Of a DNA stretch of 64,000 bases, positions 40,078 through 52,449 are shown piece by piece. Position numbers and translations under genes: made by a program. Position 1 is the first letter of the stretch, and every line of letters begins with the position of its first letter. Source of the DNA: Torpedo marmorata (Eukaryota); assembly GCA_977017645.1 (NCBI GenBank), contig OZ360230.1, forward strand, positions 95,666,001-95,730,000. Direction: 5' to 3'. The notes under the pieces were generated by a model. It saw only the letters and a program-made list of their open reading frames with translations. It was not told the origin of the DNA and made no database searches.

Positions 40078-43024
40078 TTGGGAGGAGGGAGCAAAATAGT
40101 ACCGAGCAGTAAGGAGAAGGTTAGAACAGGGAACGTTTGTAGTCAGAGTTTGAATATGGATGGGCAGGTGATAGAGAAGGTTACTAAAGATAAGGGCAAA
40201 CAGAGATTAAGAAGTGGGAAATCTCTGAAATTCATATATTTTAATGCCAGGAGTATTGTAAAAAAGGTGGATGAGCTGAAGGTGTGGATTGATACTTGGA
40301 AGTATGAGGTGGTAGCCATCAGTGAGACATGGTTGCAGGAGGGATGTGATTGGCAGCTGAATATCCCTGGGTTTTGTTGCTTTAGGTGTGATAGAGTCGG
40401 AGGAGCAAGAGGAGGTGGTGTTGCATTGCTTGTCAGGGAGAATATTACAGCGGTGCTTAGGCAGGATAGATTAGTGGGCTCGTCCACGGAGGCTATTTGG
40501 GTAGAACTGAGAAGTGGAAAAGGAGAAGTTACACTTGTAGGGGTGTATTATAGACCACCCGGAGGGGACAGAGACCGAGAGGAGCAAATCTGTAGGGAGA
40601 TAGTGGATATTTGTGATAAGCACAGGGTTGTTATTGTGGGAGATTTTAATTTTCCACATATAGATTGGGAAACACATTCTGTGAAAGGGCTGGATGGGTT
40701 GGAGTTTGTGAAATGTGTGCAGGATAGTTTTTTACAACAGTATGTAGAGGTACCGACCAGAGAAGGAGCAGTGTTAGATCTACTGTTGGCAAATGAGATA
40801 GGTCAAGTGACGGAGGTTTGTGTTGGCGAGCACTTCGGGTCCAGTGATCATAATGCCATCAGCTTCAATGTCATTATGGAAAGAGATAAGTCAGGGCCAA
40901 GGGTTGAGGATTTTGATTGGGGAAAAGCTAGATTTGAGGAGATGCGAAGGGACTTACAGGGTGTGCAGTGGGACAATTTGTTTTATGGGCAGGATGTAGT
41001 AGAGAGATGGAAGTCTTTTAAAGATCAGATTTTGAGAGTGCAAAAGCTTTATGTTCCTGTTAGGTTAAAAGGAGGGGCAAAAGGTTTGAGAGAGCCGTGG
41101 TTTTCGAGGAATATTGGAAACTTGGTTCGAAAAAAAAGGGAGGCGTACATTAAGTATAAGAAGCATGGAAAGGAGATGTTTGAAAAATACATTGAATGTA
41201 AAAAGAATCTTAAGAGAGGAATTAGGAAAGCTAAAAGAAGGTATGAAGAGACTATAGCAAGCAGGGTGAAAATTAATCCAAAAGGTTTTTACAAATACGT
41301 TAATGGTAAAAGGAAAGCGAGGGACAAAATTGGTCCCTTAGAGAATCAGAGCGGAAAACTGTGTGTGGAGCCTAGAGAAATGGGGGAGATATTGAACAGT
41401 TTCTTTTCTTCGGTATTCACCAAGGAAAAGGATATTGAGATATGCCAGATAAAAAAAGCAAATTGGATAAATATGGAGAATATAAGGATTACGAAAGATG
41501 TCGTGATAGGGCTTTTGAGGCATATAAAGGTGGATAAGTCTCCGGGACCCGACGGGATCTTCCCCAGGACCTTGAGAGAAGTAAGCGAAGAAATAGCAGA
41601 GGCTCTGACGGTGATTTTCCAAACGTCATTAGAGATGGGGATAGTGCCGGAGGATTGGCGTATTGCGCATGTGGTTCCGTTATTTAAAAAGGGTTCAAGG
41701 AGGAAGCCTGGCAATTATAGGCCTGTAAGTTTGACGTCTGTGGTAGGTAAATTAATGGAGAAAGTTCTCAGAGATAGTACTTATAAATATCTGGATAGAC
41801 AGGGTCTGATCAGGAACTCTCAACACGGATTTGTGAGCAGAAGGTCCTGTTTGACCAATCTGATTGAATTTTTTGAAGAGGTGACTAGGAATGTGGATGA
41901 GGGTAGCGCGGTGGATGTTGTCTATATGGACTTCAGTAAGGCCTTCGATAAGGTTCCGCATGGAAGGTTAGTTAGGAAGGTGCAGTCTTTAGGTATAAAT
42001 TCTGAGATAGTCAAATGGATTGAACATTGGCTGGAAGGGAGAGGCCAGAGAGTGGTAGTGGATAATTGTCTGTCAGGTTGGAGGCAGGTGACCAGCGGTG
42101 TGCCTCAGGGATCTGTATTGGGCCCGTTGTTGTTTGTTATATATATCAATGATTTAGATGATGGGGTGGTAAACTGGATTAGTAAATATGCAGATGATAC
42201 TAAGATAGGTGGAATAGTGGATAATGAAGAAGGTTTTCAAGGATTGCAGAGGGATTTGGGCTGCTTAGAAAAGTGGGCTGAAAAATGGCAGATGGAGTTT
42301 AATGCTGATAAGTGTGAGGTGCTTCATTTTGGTAGGAAGAATCAGGACATATGTAGTAAATGGGAGAGCATTGATGAATACAGAAGAGCAGAAAGATTTA
42401 GGAATAACGGTGCATCGTTCCCTGAAGGTGGAAACTCATGTGAACAGGGTGGTGAAGAAGGCTTTTAGTATGCTGGCCTTTATCAATCATTGCATAGAAT
42501 ATAGGAGTTGGGAAGTGATGTTGAGATTATATAAGGCTTTGGTGCGGCCTAATTTAGAGTTCTGTGTGCAGTTCTGGTCGCCAAATTATAGGAAGGATAT
42601 CAACAAGGTGGAGAGAGTGCAGAGAAGGTTTACCAGAATGTTGCCTGGGTTTAAGAATCTAGAGTACAAGGAGAGATTGAGCAGATTAGGTCTTTATTCT
42701 TTGGAGCGTAGAAGGTTGAGAGGGGATTTGATAGAGGTATTTAAAATTATGAAGGGGATAGACAGAGTGGATGTGGATAGACTATTTCCATTAAGAACAG
42801 GAGAGATTGAAACAAGAGGACATGAGCTAAGAATTAAGGGGCAGAGGTTTAGAGGTAACATGAGGGGGAACTTCTTTACTCAGAGAGTGGTAGCGGTGTG
42901 GAATGAGCTTCCGGGAGAAGTAGTGGCGGCAGAGTCAATTTTATTATTTAAGAAAAAGTTGGACAAGTATATGGATGAGAAGGAAGTGGAGGGTTATGGG
43001 CAGGGTGCAGGTAGGTGGGACTAG
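40078..43024 (+). pseudogene. CR1 ORF2p (APE endonuclease + RT) with a single frameshift near 42345
   Basis: NARS, SETWL, GDFN, SDHN, GVPQGSVLGP and YADD motifs; C-terminus continues in ORF 42302..43024. Confidence 0.93.
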
Positions 43025-43575
43025 ATAGGAATGTTTGGTTCGGTGCGGACTGGAAGGGCCTAATGGCCTGTTTCCGTGCTGTAATTGTTATATGGTTATT
43101 ATATGGTTAAAATTGAGGGATATGGAGCAAACTTGGGCAAATGCGACTAGGTCGGATAGACAACTTGGTCGGCATGGTTGGATTGGAATGAAGGGCCTGT
43201 TTCTGCTGTCTGGTTATGTAAAAATAGGTCACAGAATTTTTCCCTCGTGATATTTGGGTGTGATTTGTTCTGTATTTTCTCTTATCCACTTTTTAAGTAG
43301 TAGTGTTGCATTTTCTACCTTTCAATCTATGGCCACTGTTCAAGAATCCCTACATTTAAATAATATTAAAACGCATGCATGTCCAGTAGGTGAAATGTGT
43401 GGGGAGTAGGTGAACGGACTCTCCAGAAGAGGGGGGTTAAAATGGGAGGCTGGAGGTGCACTGGAAGGAGACCGAGAGAGTGGAAACAGGAGGTAAGGGT
43501 TACCTGAAATTGGAAAATTCAGTGTTTATTGGATTGGGTTGTAGGCAACCCAGACTGAATATTGCTCCTCTAGTT

Positions 43576-43951
43576 CAGTGGTTTTCAAACTGCTCCCCTA
43601 AACTCACATTCCACCTTAAGCAATTCCTATGCCATAAGTGCTCTGTGATTAGTAAGGGATTGCTTAAGGTGGTATGTGAGTGGAAAGAAAAAGGTTTGAA
43701 AACCACTGTTTTAATCATACTTAATTGACTCGTTATGTGCACGGTTTCATAACTCCAAAGGAAATGGGCCAATGACAATTTTTCTCAAGCAAAATATTTC
43801 AATAACAATTGGGTCTAGAGCAGTGGTTCTCAACCTTCCCTTCCCAGTCACATACCACCTTAAGCAATCCCTTACCAATCACAGAGCACTTATGGCATAG
43901 GGATTGCTTAAGGTGGAATGTGAGTTTAGAGAAGCAGTTTGTAAACCACTG
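43576..43951. mobile_element. Composite hAT (Charlie-like) MITE made of two inverted ~132-bp units
   Basis: CAGTGGTT TIRs at 43576, 43708, 43821 and 43951; 8-bp TSD CTCTAGTT / CTCCAGTT. Confidence 0.88.
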
Positions 43952-44516
43952 CTCCAGTTTGTGTTGAGATTCACCCTGGCAGTGGAAAATAGAGGAACAA
44001 CTGAATTTCAATTTATCTCTCTCTCCCCCCCCACCCACCACCCCCCCCCCTTTTTTTCTGGCTCCACCTGTCTGTTATCCTTCACCCTTCGGTCCACCAA
44101 TTACTTACTGGCCTCTGTCCCTCTCCTCCTCTCCCCCTCTTTATAACCGCTTTTGCCCTCTCCATTTGCAGTGCTGATGCAGGTTTCAATCTGAAATGCC
44201 GACAATTCCTTTTGTCTCAACTCTGCTGCCAGAACCACTGAGTTCAGAGGAGCACTGAGTGTGATAGCGCTGACAAAGAAAGAGACAAACTTTCAGCTTT
44301 TTACAGCTGCATTTCTATTGATGCATGATTGTTTACAATTGTCAGGGCTTTATGTTCTCATTATAATGGGTCCATAATACAGAATGATGAGTCAGGTTGA
44401 TTACAGGTAGGATTATTGAGATATTCTCTGCTTCAAGTGGAAAACAGCCTTCATGTAGGAATTTGCTTTATTATGATTATGGATAGATTTAACAAAACAA
44501 GTGTAAAAGTAAAATT

Positions 44517-44636
44517 ATTTCTACTGTGCACAAGGCCAAAAGCATTGTCCAATAATATGTGCCCTTCTTGAGTAAGATTTCTACTGTGCACAAGGCCGAA
44601 AGCATTGTCCAATAAAATGTGCCCTTCTTGAGTAAG
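44517..44636. repeat. 60-bp tandem duplication (2 mismatches)
   Basis: Direct reading of the sequence. Confidence 0.93.
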
Positions 44637-44934
44637 GTGCATCATTATTCTTGCAACCTCGGAAGGGTGGAAAATTCTGACCGTGAATTGCATATTGCAG
44701 GAGGGGCAGAGAGACGGTTAGCAGGAGGGAGAGAATGCTGGTGGTTGAGGACGAAGTAATTGAGCAGGAGGAGACTGGGAGGAACGAGGTGGGAAGGATA
44801 CGACCAATTGCAGTGGCTGGGATTGAAAGAATACTATCTATGTTGAGGAACAATTCTGGAGTGAGCCTCAGTGGTCCATTGAGACAGTATTCCAGGTGTA
44901 CCCTATTCAGAGATTAAAAATCATGCAAGTTTTG

Positions 44935-45300
44935 TCAGTTATTGAAGTTTATAAAAATCATGCGGCATGGATAAAGTAAATGTTCAATCATTTTCCCCAG
45001 AGTAGATGATTCTTGAACTGGAAGTCATAGGTTTAAGGTGAGAGGGGAGAGATTTAAGAGAGATGAGGGGCAACTTTCCACTCGTGGGTTATCCATATCT
45101 GGAACAAGTTGCCACAGGAAATTCTAGAAGTGGGTATAATTTTAACATTCGAATTATATTTGGACAGATATGGATAGGAAGAACTTTGAAGAATGTGGAC
45201 CAAACTGCAGGAAAATGGGTCTAGCCCAGAAAGTCAATATGGTCAGCATGGATTAGTTGGGCCAAAGAGCCTGTTCTTTGTTGTATGACTACGACTCTAC
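44935..45300 (+). mobile_element. CR1 3' fragment
   Basis: IEVYKIM-type motif and CR1 3'UTR. Confidence 0.7.
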
Positions 45301-45671
45301 ACATTGTATGCCAACTGACATTACACACCCAATGGCCACTCCATGTAAATGTCATACAGACAAGACTCAACCCAAATTCCTGGAAGTGCAGAGTGGATGC
45401 ATGAGATAAGAAATTACTTTTTTAAATGAAATGAAAATCACTTGTGTAGCACATAAAAATATTGAGCAATACAAAATACTGTAATTTTAAAAGCCATTGT
45501 GTTCAATTCATTCAGTTCTTTCTAATGGTTCCTGCCTAAGTCTGTATAGTTATCTCCTCACTTTTGGAAGGAATACCTTATGGATTTGAGATTGTTTCCA
45601 TCACGGACACCATCAATGTTGTTATATCAGATTTCATTTATACCTGAAAAGAGCTGACCACAGAGGTCACC

Positions 45672-45905
45672 GAGCGGTACGGTTAGCATATCAGTTAGCG
45701 CAACGCTGTTACAGCACCAACGACCGGGGTTCGAATCCGGCACTGTGTATAAGGAGATTATACATTCTCCCCGTGTCTGTGTGGGTTTCCTCTGGGTGCT
45801 CCGGTTTCCTCCCACCCTTCAAAATGTAGCGGGGTAGTAGGTTAATTGGGTGTAATTTTGCGGCACTGGCTCATGGGCCGAAAGGGCCTGTATGTCTTTT
45901 TTAAA
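45672..45905 (+). mobile_element. tRNA-derived SINE
   Basis: B box GGTTCGAATCC; same family as the copies at 54172 and 57409; LINE-like tail gggccgaagggcctg. Confidence 0.85.
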
Positions 45906-46229
45906 AATAAAAAAAACCAAGCTTGTTCTTAACCAATCCTCACACAAATGAACTTCCAACAATGATTAAATGCTCACTGTCTGACCCAGTGAAGGGCTGA
46001 CTAGTTGTAGATCCCACCAATCTTGCATAGGTGGCAGTCAGATCTTGTGGTAAAACTGGAGTTCAAAATCATGGCTATCTGTTCAGAAATTGGTACCTTA
46101 GTGCAGTTTCCAACTGAACCACCAAGGCTGCCAGTTCATTGACTGGTTCAGGCCAGGAGAACATTTCCTGTTATGCGTGAGGTCTTAATATATACATTAT
46201 TATGTATGTTGTACATTTGTTGAAGGTGT

Positions 46230-46455
46230 CAACAGATTAAATGTAGTTATTAAAAGATTTATTACAAGAGAACATGTAACCTTGATGAGAATCTGCTGTG
46301 CTGACAATACTTTGTAATCTGCTCAGGCTGCTAGTCTGCAGAGATTTACCAGCAGTTGTCACAGGATTTTAGATCTTGAACATGCAAATAGGAAAGAGGA
46401 ACCTCCCTTCAACAGCTTAAGGACGGACTCATTAAATTGCCTGACTATAAATGAT
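46230..46455 (+). promoter_or_regulatory. Putative SAG photoreceptor promoter
   Basis: TATAAA 46446-46451; CRX/OTX-type sites AGATTA 46234 and TAATCT 46315; NRL/Maf half-site TGCTGAC 46299-46305; lies upstream of a donor site at 46619. Confidence 0.5.
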
Positions 46456-46474
46456 TACAGTGTGTATATTGGTG

Positions 46475-46618
46475 TTGGGCTAACAACATCCTGGAGAGGA
46501 CGACTTCTTATTTGGAATGAGAGCTGGCTGAGAAAAGTTTTTGACCAAAGGGGCTTTCAAGAAGGTGCTGAAGAGTGTTGACGAGCAGTTTTCTGTACCT
46601 GTCCCAAAGCTCCTTCAG
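46475..46618 (+). other. SAG: Putative non-coding first exon of SAG (start approximate)
   Basis: CAG|GTAATT donor about 170 nt after the TATA box; mammalian SAG has a non-coding exon 1; next exon has an acceptor at 47940. Confidence 0.45.
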
Positions 46619-47982
46619 GTAATTTCATTAATATTGTTCTTGTTATAATTATTATTGTGATCAAGATAGTCTCTTGAACAGCTGCCAATGGATCTGTTCT
46701 TAATTTTTTTTAATTGCAGTACTTTTTTTTTAAAGCGCACACATTCTTTTGGTAGTAGCGGTCTTTGTGTTTCTGTGACACTAACAATTATGTATTTAGA
46801 ACTTGAACAGTATTTTAACTCTACTAATGCAATTACTCTGTCAATAACATTACAGTAGTTGATTCTATTTCAGCATCCACATTCAGCCAGTAACAGCTTA
46901 GTTCTCATCTGGCTCGTTTCTAGATCCATCCAGTTTTTTCACTCGAAAGCTTATAATATGTGATTCAAATCTATTACTGTGACTCAGGAACTAAAAATGT
47001 TCATTTCTAATGCAACACTTTTACACAGCTGCTAAGGTTGTCTAATTCAACACTGGTAGTAATAATAAGATCTAATGTGGTGATATCGCCAAACTTGTGT
47101 TAGTGTCTAATTCCAATGTAGGATCTTTGTGCACAGGCTCATAACATCTCATTTTAATTCAGCACTGCTATTTGCGCAGTCTTATCATGAATTTTTCCAA
47201 TTTGCTTCAAAGAAAAGCAGAAAATAGAAGTCTTCATTCACTTTGTAGCTGAAGACTTCTAATGCTGGTGACATTAATGTAAATGTCTGCACTCTCAATA
47301 AGGTCTTTTAAATTCATGGCCAAAATTGGTCACTTATATCCAGTAATTTTTAATGATTTTGTAGAATCTTTTTGCTTTTGAATTGAAAGCTGTTGTTTTC
47401 TCAATGTGGCCAGTCTTCTTCAAAGGGTTGTATACAAATGCAGTCTTTCTGTTCTTAGACATTTAAAAAAAAAACTTTTATTGTCTTTCTCACTTTTATT
47501 CTTCTGTAAATAGTCACTTCACATTTCTGTGTTAAGTTTAATCATGTACGTTATCTGCCCATTTCTCTCATCGGTCTATGATCCATGATATGTTTAAACC
47601 TTTTTTCTTTGCATTGGATTGTATGTAAACCCGCTGTCCCAGGGTATGAAAGGATAGTGTGTGACCCAGTCCCAGTGTGTGATAGGAGTGTGTTTGACCT
47701 TTTATACCCCATAGTGCCATAAATTGCCAAGGTTGAGCAATAAGTTAAAATTACATAATAGAATTGCCAACAATCAGTATGCCTGCACACCAGGGCCCGT
47801 TTGTCTCTGAAATCGTGTCTGATGATAATCATTGTCTGGTGCATGGTTCCATGTTGGTTCATTGTTTTATTATTTAATCATTCAGAAAATACCATGCTTT
47901 GGTGCAGTCAATCAAGCAGCTCTTTGCTTTGTCTTCTCAGCAACCCAGATCCTGCAACAACTGACCACCTGGTGTAGCAAGA

Positions 47983-48048
47983 ATGAGTGCAGACAGCAAA
48001 AATTCCAAAAAGCATGTTGTTTACAAAAAGGTGTCTCGTGACAAATCG
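47983..48048 (+). CDS. SAG: S-arrestin first coding exon (MSADSKNSKKHVVYKKVSRDKS); exon begins at 47941
   Basis: ctcag acceptor, gttggt donor; matches human HVIFKKISRDKS; syntenic downstream of ATG16L1. Confidence 0.92.
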
Positions 48049-48339
48049 GTTGGTACTTTCTTTTTATTGTCCTTATTCCTTTCCAGATACAAAAGGAAAC
48101 CACAATATTATCTCTGTCCACAGTCACTCTCATGAAGTGTATAACACATGCACTTAAGGTGCAGTCTGAAATAGAATGTTGGAAATACTCATAAGGCCTG
48201 GTAGCATCCACAGATAAAGATGCGGTTAACTTGTTTTGGTTTGTGACCTTTTTGTAAGATCTGTGAAAATATTTAAATGAAACCAGTTTTGAGAAGGCGA
48301 ATGGACAAAAAACAAAAGGGAAGTTGTCAAAAAGAGAGA

Positions 48340-48675
48340 CAGCATGGAAACAGGCCCTTCAGCCTGCCAACTCCTCACTGACCATCAACCATCCATTTGT
48401 ACTAATCCTACATTAATTCCACTTTGTCTTCTGCTCACCTTCTCATCAATTCCCCCACCTCAGGTTCTACCCCTCAACTACACGCTAGGGGTAATTTACA
48501 GCAACCAATTAACCTTCCAACCCACTCGTCTTTGGGATGTAGGAGGAAGCCGGAGTACCTGGAGAAACCCCAGCTGGTCACAGGGAGAACATGCAAACTC
48601 CACACAGACAAGAATGGATGTCAGGGTTGAGCTCGGGTATCTGGTGCTGCCGCCCAGCTGTTCCACTGTGCCACT
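48340..48675 (-). mobile_element. SINE, older related copy
   Basis: gaggaagccggagtacctggagaaaccca core. Confidence 0.7.
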
Positions 48676-49059
48676 CTGTGGTAGACGAGACCAAAAGAAA
48701 TTTTGATTGCATTCAAAATGCAACAAAAAACGGTATTAGTGGAATCGAGGAATATGGGGATAGGCAGGAAATTTATATTTGGGTTGAAGATCAGTCGTGA
48801 TGTTGATAAATGGTAGGTGGGTTGTGTGGTCTACCAACTGCTATTATTTCTTCTGGTCTTGTGTTTATTTTGTACTGAATCATCTCAACTTGAGAATGCC
48901 AAAAAGGAGGGGAAGTCACACTACTGATTAGGGAGAACTTCACGGCCATATTTTGAGGCACTGCCATGGAAAGATGATCCAATAAGGCCATATGGATGGA
49001 TTTTTAAGAATAACAGCATGCAATCACTTTGTAAGGGCTATATTGCCAATAGTTAGCAG

Positions 49060-50330
49060 GAATTAAAGAGACAGATAAAGAAGCAAATTGCAGAAATGTG
49101 CAAGAGTTATAGTAGGTGATATTAATTTTACCAATAGTGACGGGATTGCCTATTGCAAAGGACTTTGATGGAGTGGAATTTAAGAGTGCAAGAAAGATCT
49201 TTGAAACAATATATGAGTAATCCCATTAGAGCCCTCATCTACTTTATCTGAGGAACTGAGAAAGTGGTGGCAGTCAGTGGGGTACAAGTGACTATAATTC
49301 TGTAAGTTTCAGGCTAATTACGGAAAAGGACAACATTGGACCTCAAGTTCTTAAATGGGGGAGGGGGAAGGCTGATTTCGATAGTATGCAAAAAGACCTG
49401 GCAAAAGTAGATTGGGAGCAGATATTTACAGATAAAATTACATCTGACAAAGTCTTTTAAGAGTTCAGGATCAGCACATTCCAGCAAGGATGGCAAGTTT
49501 TATGAACTTTGGATGTCAAAGAATGTTGAAGGTTTGATCAGGAGAAAAAAAGGAGTGTATAACAACTGGGATCAAATGAGTCTTTTGAGGAATATAGTGT
49601 GAAGGGATCAATGGAAATATCCTTGGCAAACAAGATTAAGGAGAATCCCAGCACATTCTATCAGTACTGTATATAGGGAGCAAGAGGCTATCCAGGGAAA
49701 GAAGTAATCACTTCTTTCATGTTTGCCTTCAAAGGTCGGAGCATTGAATCTAAAAGTTGGGATATTATGTTGGGTGATACAAAATACTGGTCAGGCTGCA
49801 ATTGGAGTATAGTGGTCAGTTCTGACCACCACGCCTTTGGAGGTATGTGGTTGCACTGCAAACAGGGCAGGGGAGATTCACCAGGATGTTGCTTGGAGGA
49901 CCATTTTGGTTACTGGGAGAGATTGGATAGGCTGGGTTTGTTTTCCCCAGAGTGAAGAAGGTAAGGGGTGAACTGATAGAAGTATATCAAATTTTAAAAG
50001 GCATAGATAGGATAAATAGAATGTTTTCACAAGATAGAGGTATCAAAAATAAAACTCTGTAGGTTTAAGTTGAGAGGGAAGAGTTTTAGAGGATTTTTGA
50101 GAAATTGTTTGACAGAGTGGTCATTATCTGAAAGTTTCTGCCAGAGGAAGTGATGGTGTCAGACATAATGACTGCATTTAAGAGATATTTGGACAAGCAC
50201 TTAAACGGGCAAGGTGTGGAGGACACAGACTTAATGTGGGCCAATGGGTTTAGTTTAGATTGGCAAAAAGGTTGTCATGAACATGGTGGACCAAAGGCCT
50301 ATTGTTTGTGCTGTGCACCCTATGACTACG
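49060..50330 (+). mobile_element. Highly decayed CR1 fragments
   Basis: Residual ORF2 motifs and CR1 tail. Confidence 0.65.
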
Positions 50331-50571
50331 TGAAAATGCAGATTGTTTATGCAAACTATCCTCGTAAACCAATTACCTAAACCTTAGACTTATTTGAGCA
50401 AATCTCTGCTGTACTATCATCAAGGCTAGTTTAGAACTCCCTAGGTTCTGTGCCCCAAAACTCCTGAAGGCCAGAAGCTAAAGTGTATCCTCCTCCCTGT
50501 TATATTCCATCCCTCTTGATATCAATACAAATAAGCATTGGGCTTTTTGATTTCTCTTTATCCTGTGCTTC

Positions 50572-51803
50572 AGATTTATTGTCAGAGTACATAAATGACA
50601 TCACATACAACCCTGAGATTCTTTTTCTGTGGGTGCGGCAGAATTACCACTTATTGGTAGTGCAAAAAAAAATGTACACAGCGTATTCATGTAAACAAAT
50701 AAAGAACTGTAAACAGATAACAAATGTAAACAAACTGATTGTGCAATGCAGAGAGAATAAAAAAAATCAATAAAGTGCACAAGAGTCCTTAAATGAGTCC
50801 CTGATTGAGTTTGTTGTTGAGGAGTCTGATGGTGGAGGGGTAACAGCTGTTCCTGAACCTGGTGGTGTGAGTCTTGTGGCACCTATACCTCTTTCCTGAT
50901 GGCAGCAGCGAGAACAGAGTGTGTGCTGGGTGGTGTGGATCCTTGATGATTGCTGCTGCTCTCCGACGGCAGCGTTCCCTTTTGATGTTCTCGATAGTGG
51001 GGAGGTTTTGCCTGTGATGTCCTGGGCTGTGCCCACTACCTTTTGCAGAGATTTACGCTCAGGGGTATTGATGTCCCCATACCAGACCATGATGCAGCTG
51101 GTCAGCACACTTTCCACCACACATTTGTAGAAATTTGCCAGGGTTTCTGGTGTCATACCAAACTTCCGCAAACTCCCGAGGAAGTAGAAGCGCTGACGTG
51201 CTTTCTTCACGATGCCTTTAGTGTGTTCGGTCCACAAAATATCCTCTGAATAGTGACTCCCAAGAACTTAAATTGGTTCACTCTCTCCACCTCTGATTCC
51301 CCCAATGATCACTGGATTGTATACCTCTGGCTTTCCCTTCCTGAAGTCAACAATCAGCTCATGAGTTTTGGTGACATTGAGTGCAAGGTTGTTGTTGGTG
51401 CACCATTCAGCCAAGTTTTCAATCTCCCTCCTGTATGCTGACTCATCGCCTTTCTTTATACAACCCACTACCATGGTATCGTTGGCAAATTTGTAAATGG
51501 TGTTATTGTCGTACCGAGCCACACAGTCGTAGGTGTAAAGTGAGTCGAGCAGGGGGCTAAGAACACAGTCATGTGGTGCTCCAGTACTGATGGAGATTGT
51601 GGAGGAGATGTTCTTACCAATCCTCACTGATGGTGGTCTGGAGGTGAGGAAATCCATGATCCAATTATACAGTGGGGTGTTGAGTCCCAAGTCTTGGAGT
51701 TTGCTGATTAGTTTTGAGGGGATGATGGTGTTAAATGCCGAACTGTAGTCGATAAAGAGCATCCTGATGAATGCATCTTTAATGTCCAGGTGTTGCAGGG
51801 CTT
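50572..51803 (-). mobile_element. Rex1/Babar-like non-LTR retrotransposon, 5'-truncated
   Basis: [14 protein letters not shown], GAPxxCVLSPLL, KFANDT and KKARQR.YFL motifs in ORFs 51268..51762 and 50767..51237. Confidence 0.85.
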
Positions 51804-52449
51804 ATGATTTGTCATTTGTGTATACTGGCACATGAAGCCATTTGCTCCTCCATGGTTGCTCCATCTTTTCAGAACCAAAGAGGAAGATTACACACTCCAT
51901 CAGCCCCTGTTTGCCTCATGACCAGCCTCATATCTACTGTTGCTTTCATACACTTACTGACACCTTAGAGAATATCACATTCATTTAACTCTACACTGGT
52001 CCCCTCCATTCACGTTAATCAGTTGAAGTCTACACTAACTGCCAGTTACATCCCAAGTAGTTCAAACTCTGTCTCTTTAAACTGATTAGTTTAAAGTCAA
52101 TGTGAATCCTATTTCTAGTCTGTTATATCTCTACAACTTTGTCTTTATTCATTGATCAGTGTAATCTCTACATGTCCCTTTCACTGTACTCTAACCAGTT
52201 TAAGCACTGTCAGCCCTGAAGTCTTGATGAAAGGTTCCGCTGAAATGTCAACCATTTGTTTTGTCCCATGGATGCTGCTTGACCTTCCGAGTTCCTCCAG
52301 CAGATTTTTTGTTGCTCCAGTTTGAGCCCCATATGTTCCTGTCACCAAGCCCCAATCTGTTCTATACTCTCCTGCCTTTAGGTGCTGATTACTTTGTCTA
52401 CCCTATCTCTTGCTGTGCTCCAATCAATCTTAATCACAAGACTGAGATA

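Larger units (their letters stand above)
38894..43098 (+). mobile_element. Full-length CR1 LINE inserted into an older CR1 fragment
   Basis: GC-rich 5'UTR, ORF1, ORF2, TTATATGG-type tail; TTATATGGT at 38885-38893 and 43099-43107. Confidence 0.96.

Noticed and set aside
39538-41961. Several minus-strand ORFs of 70-130 aa
   Set aside because: Antisense shadows of the CR1 ORFs.
45672-45750. tRNA gene
   Set aside because: The B box belongs to a SINE head; no cloverleaf, and it continues into the SINE body.
47620-47720. Weak ccagt/gtgtg periodicity
   Set aside because: Too degenerate to define a unit; low-complexity relic.
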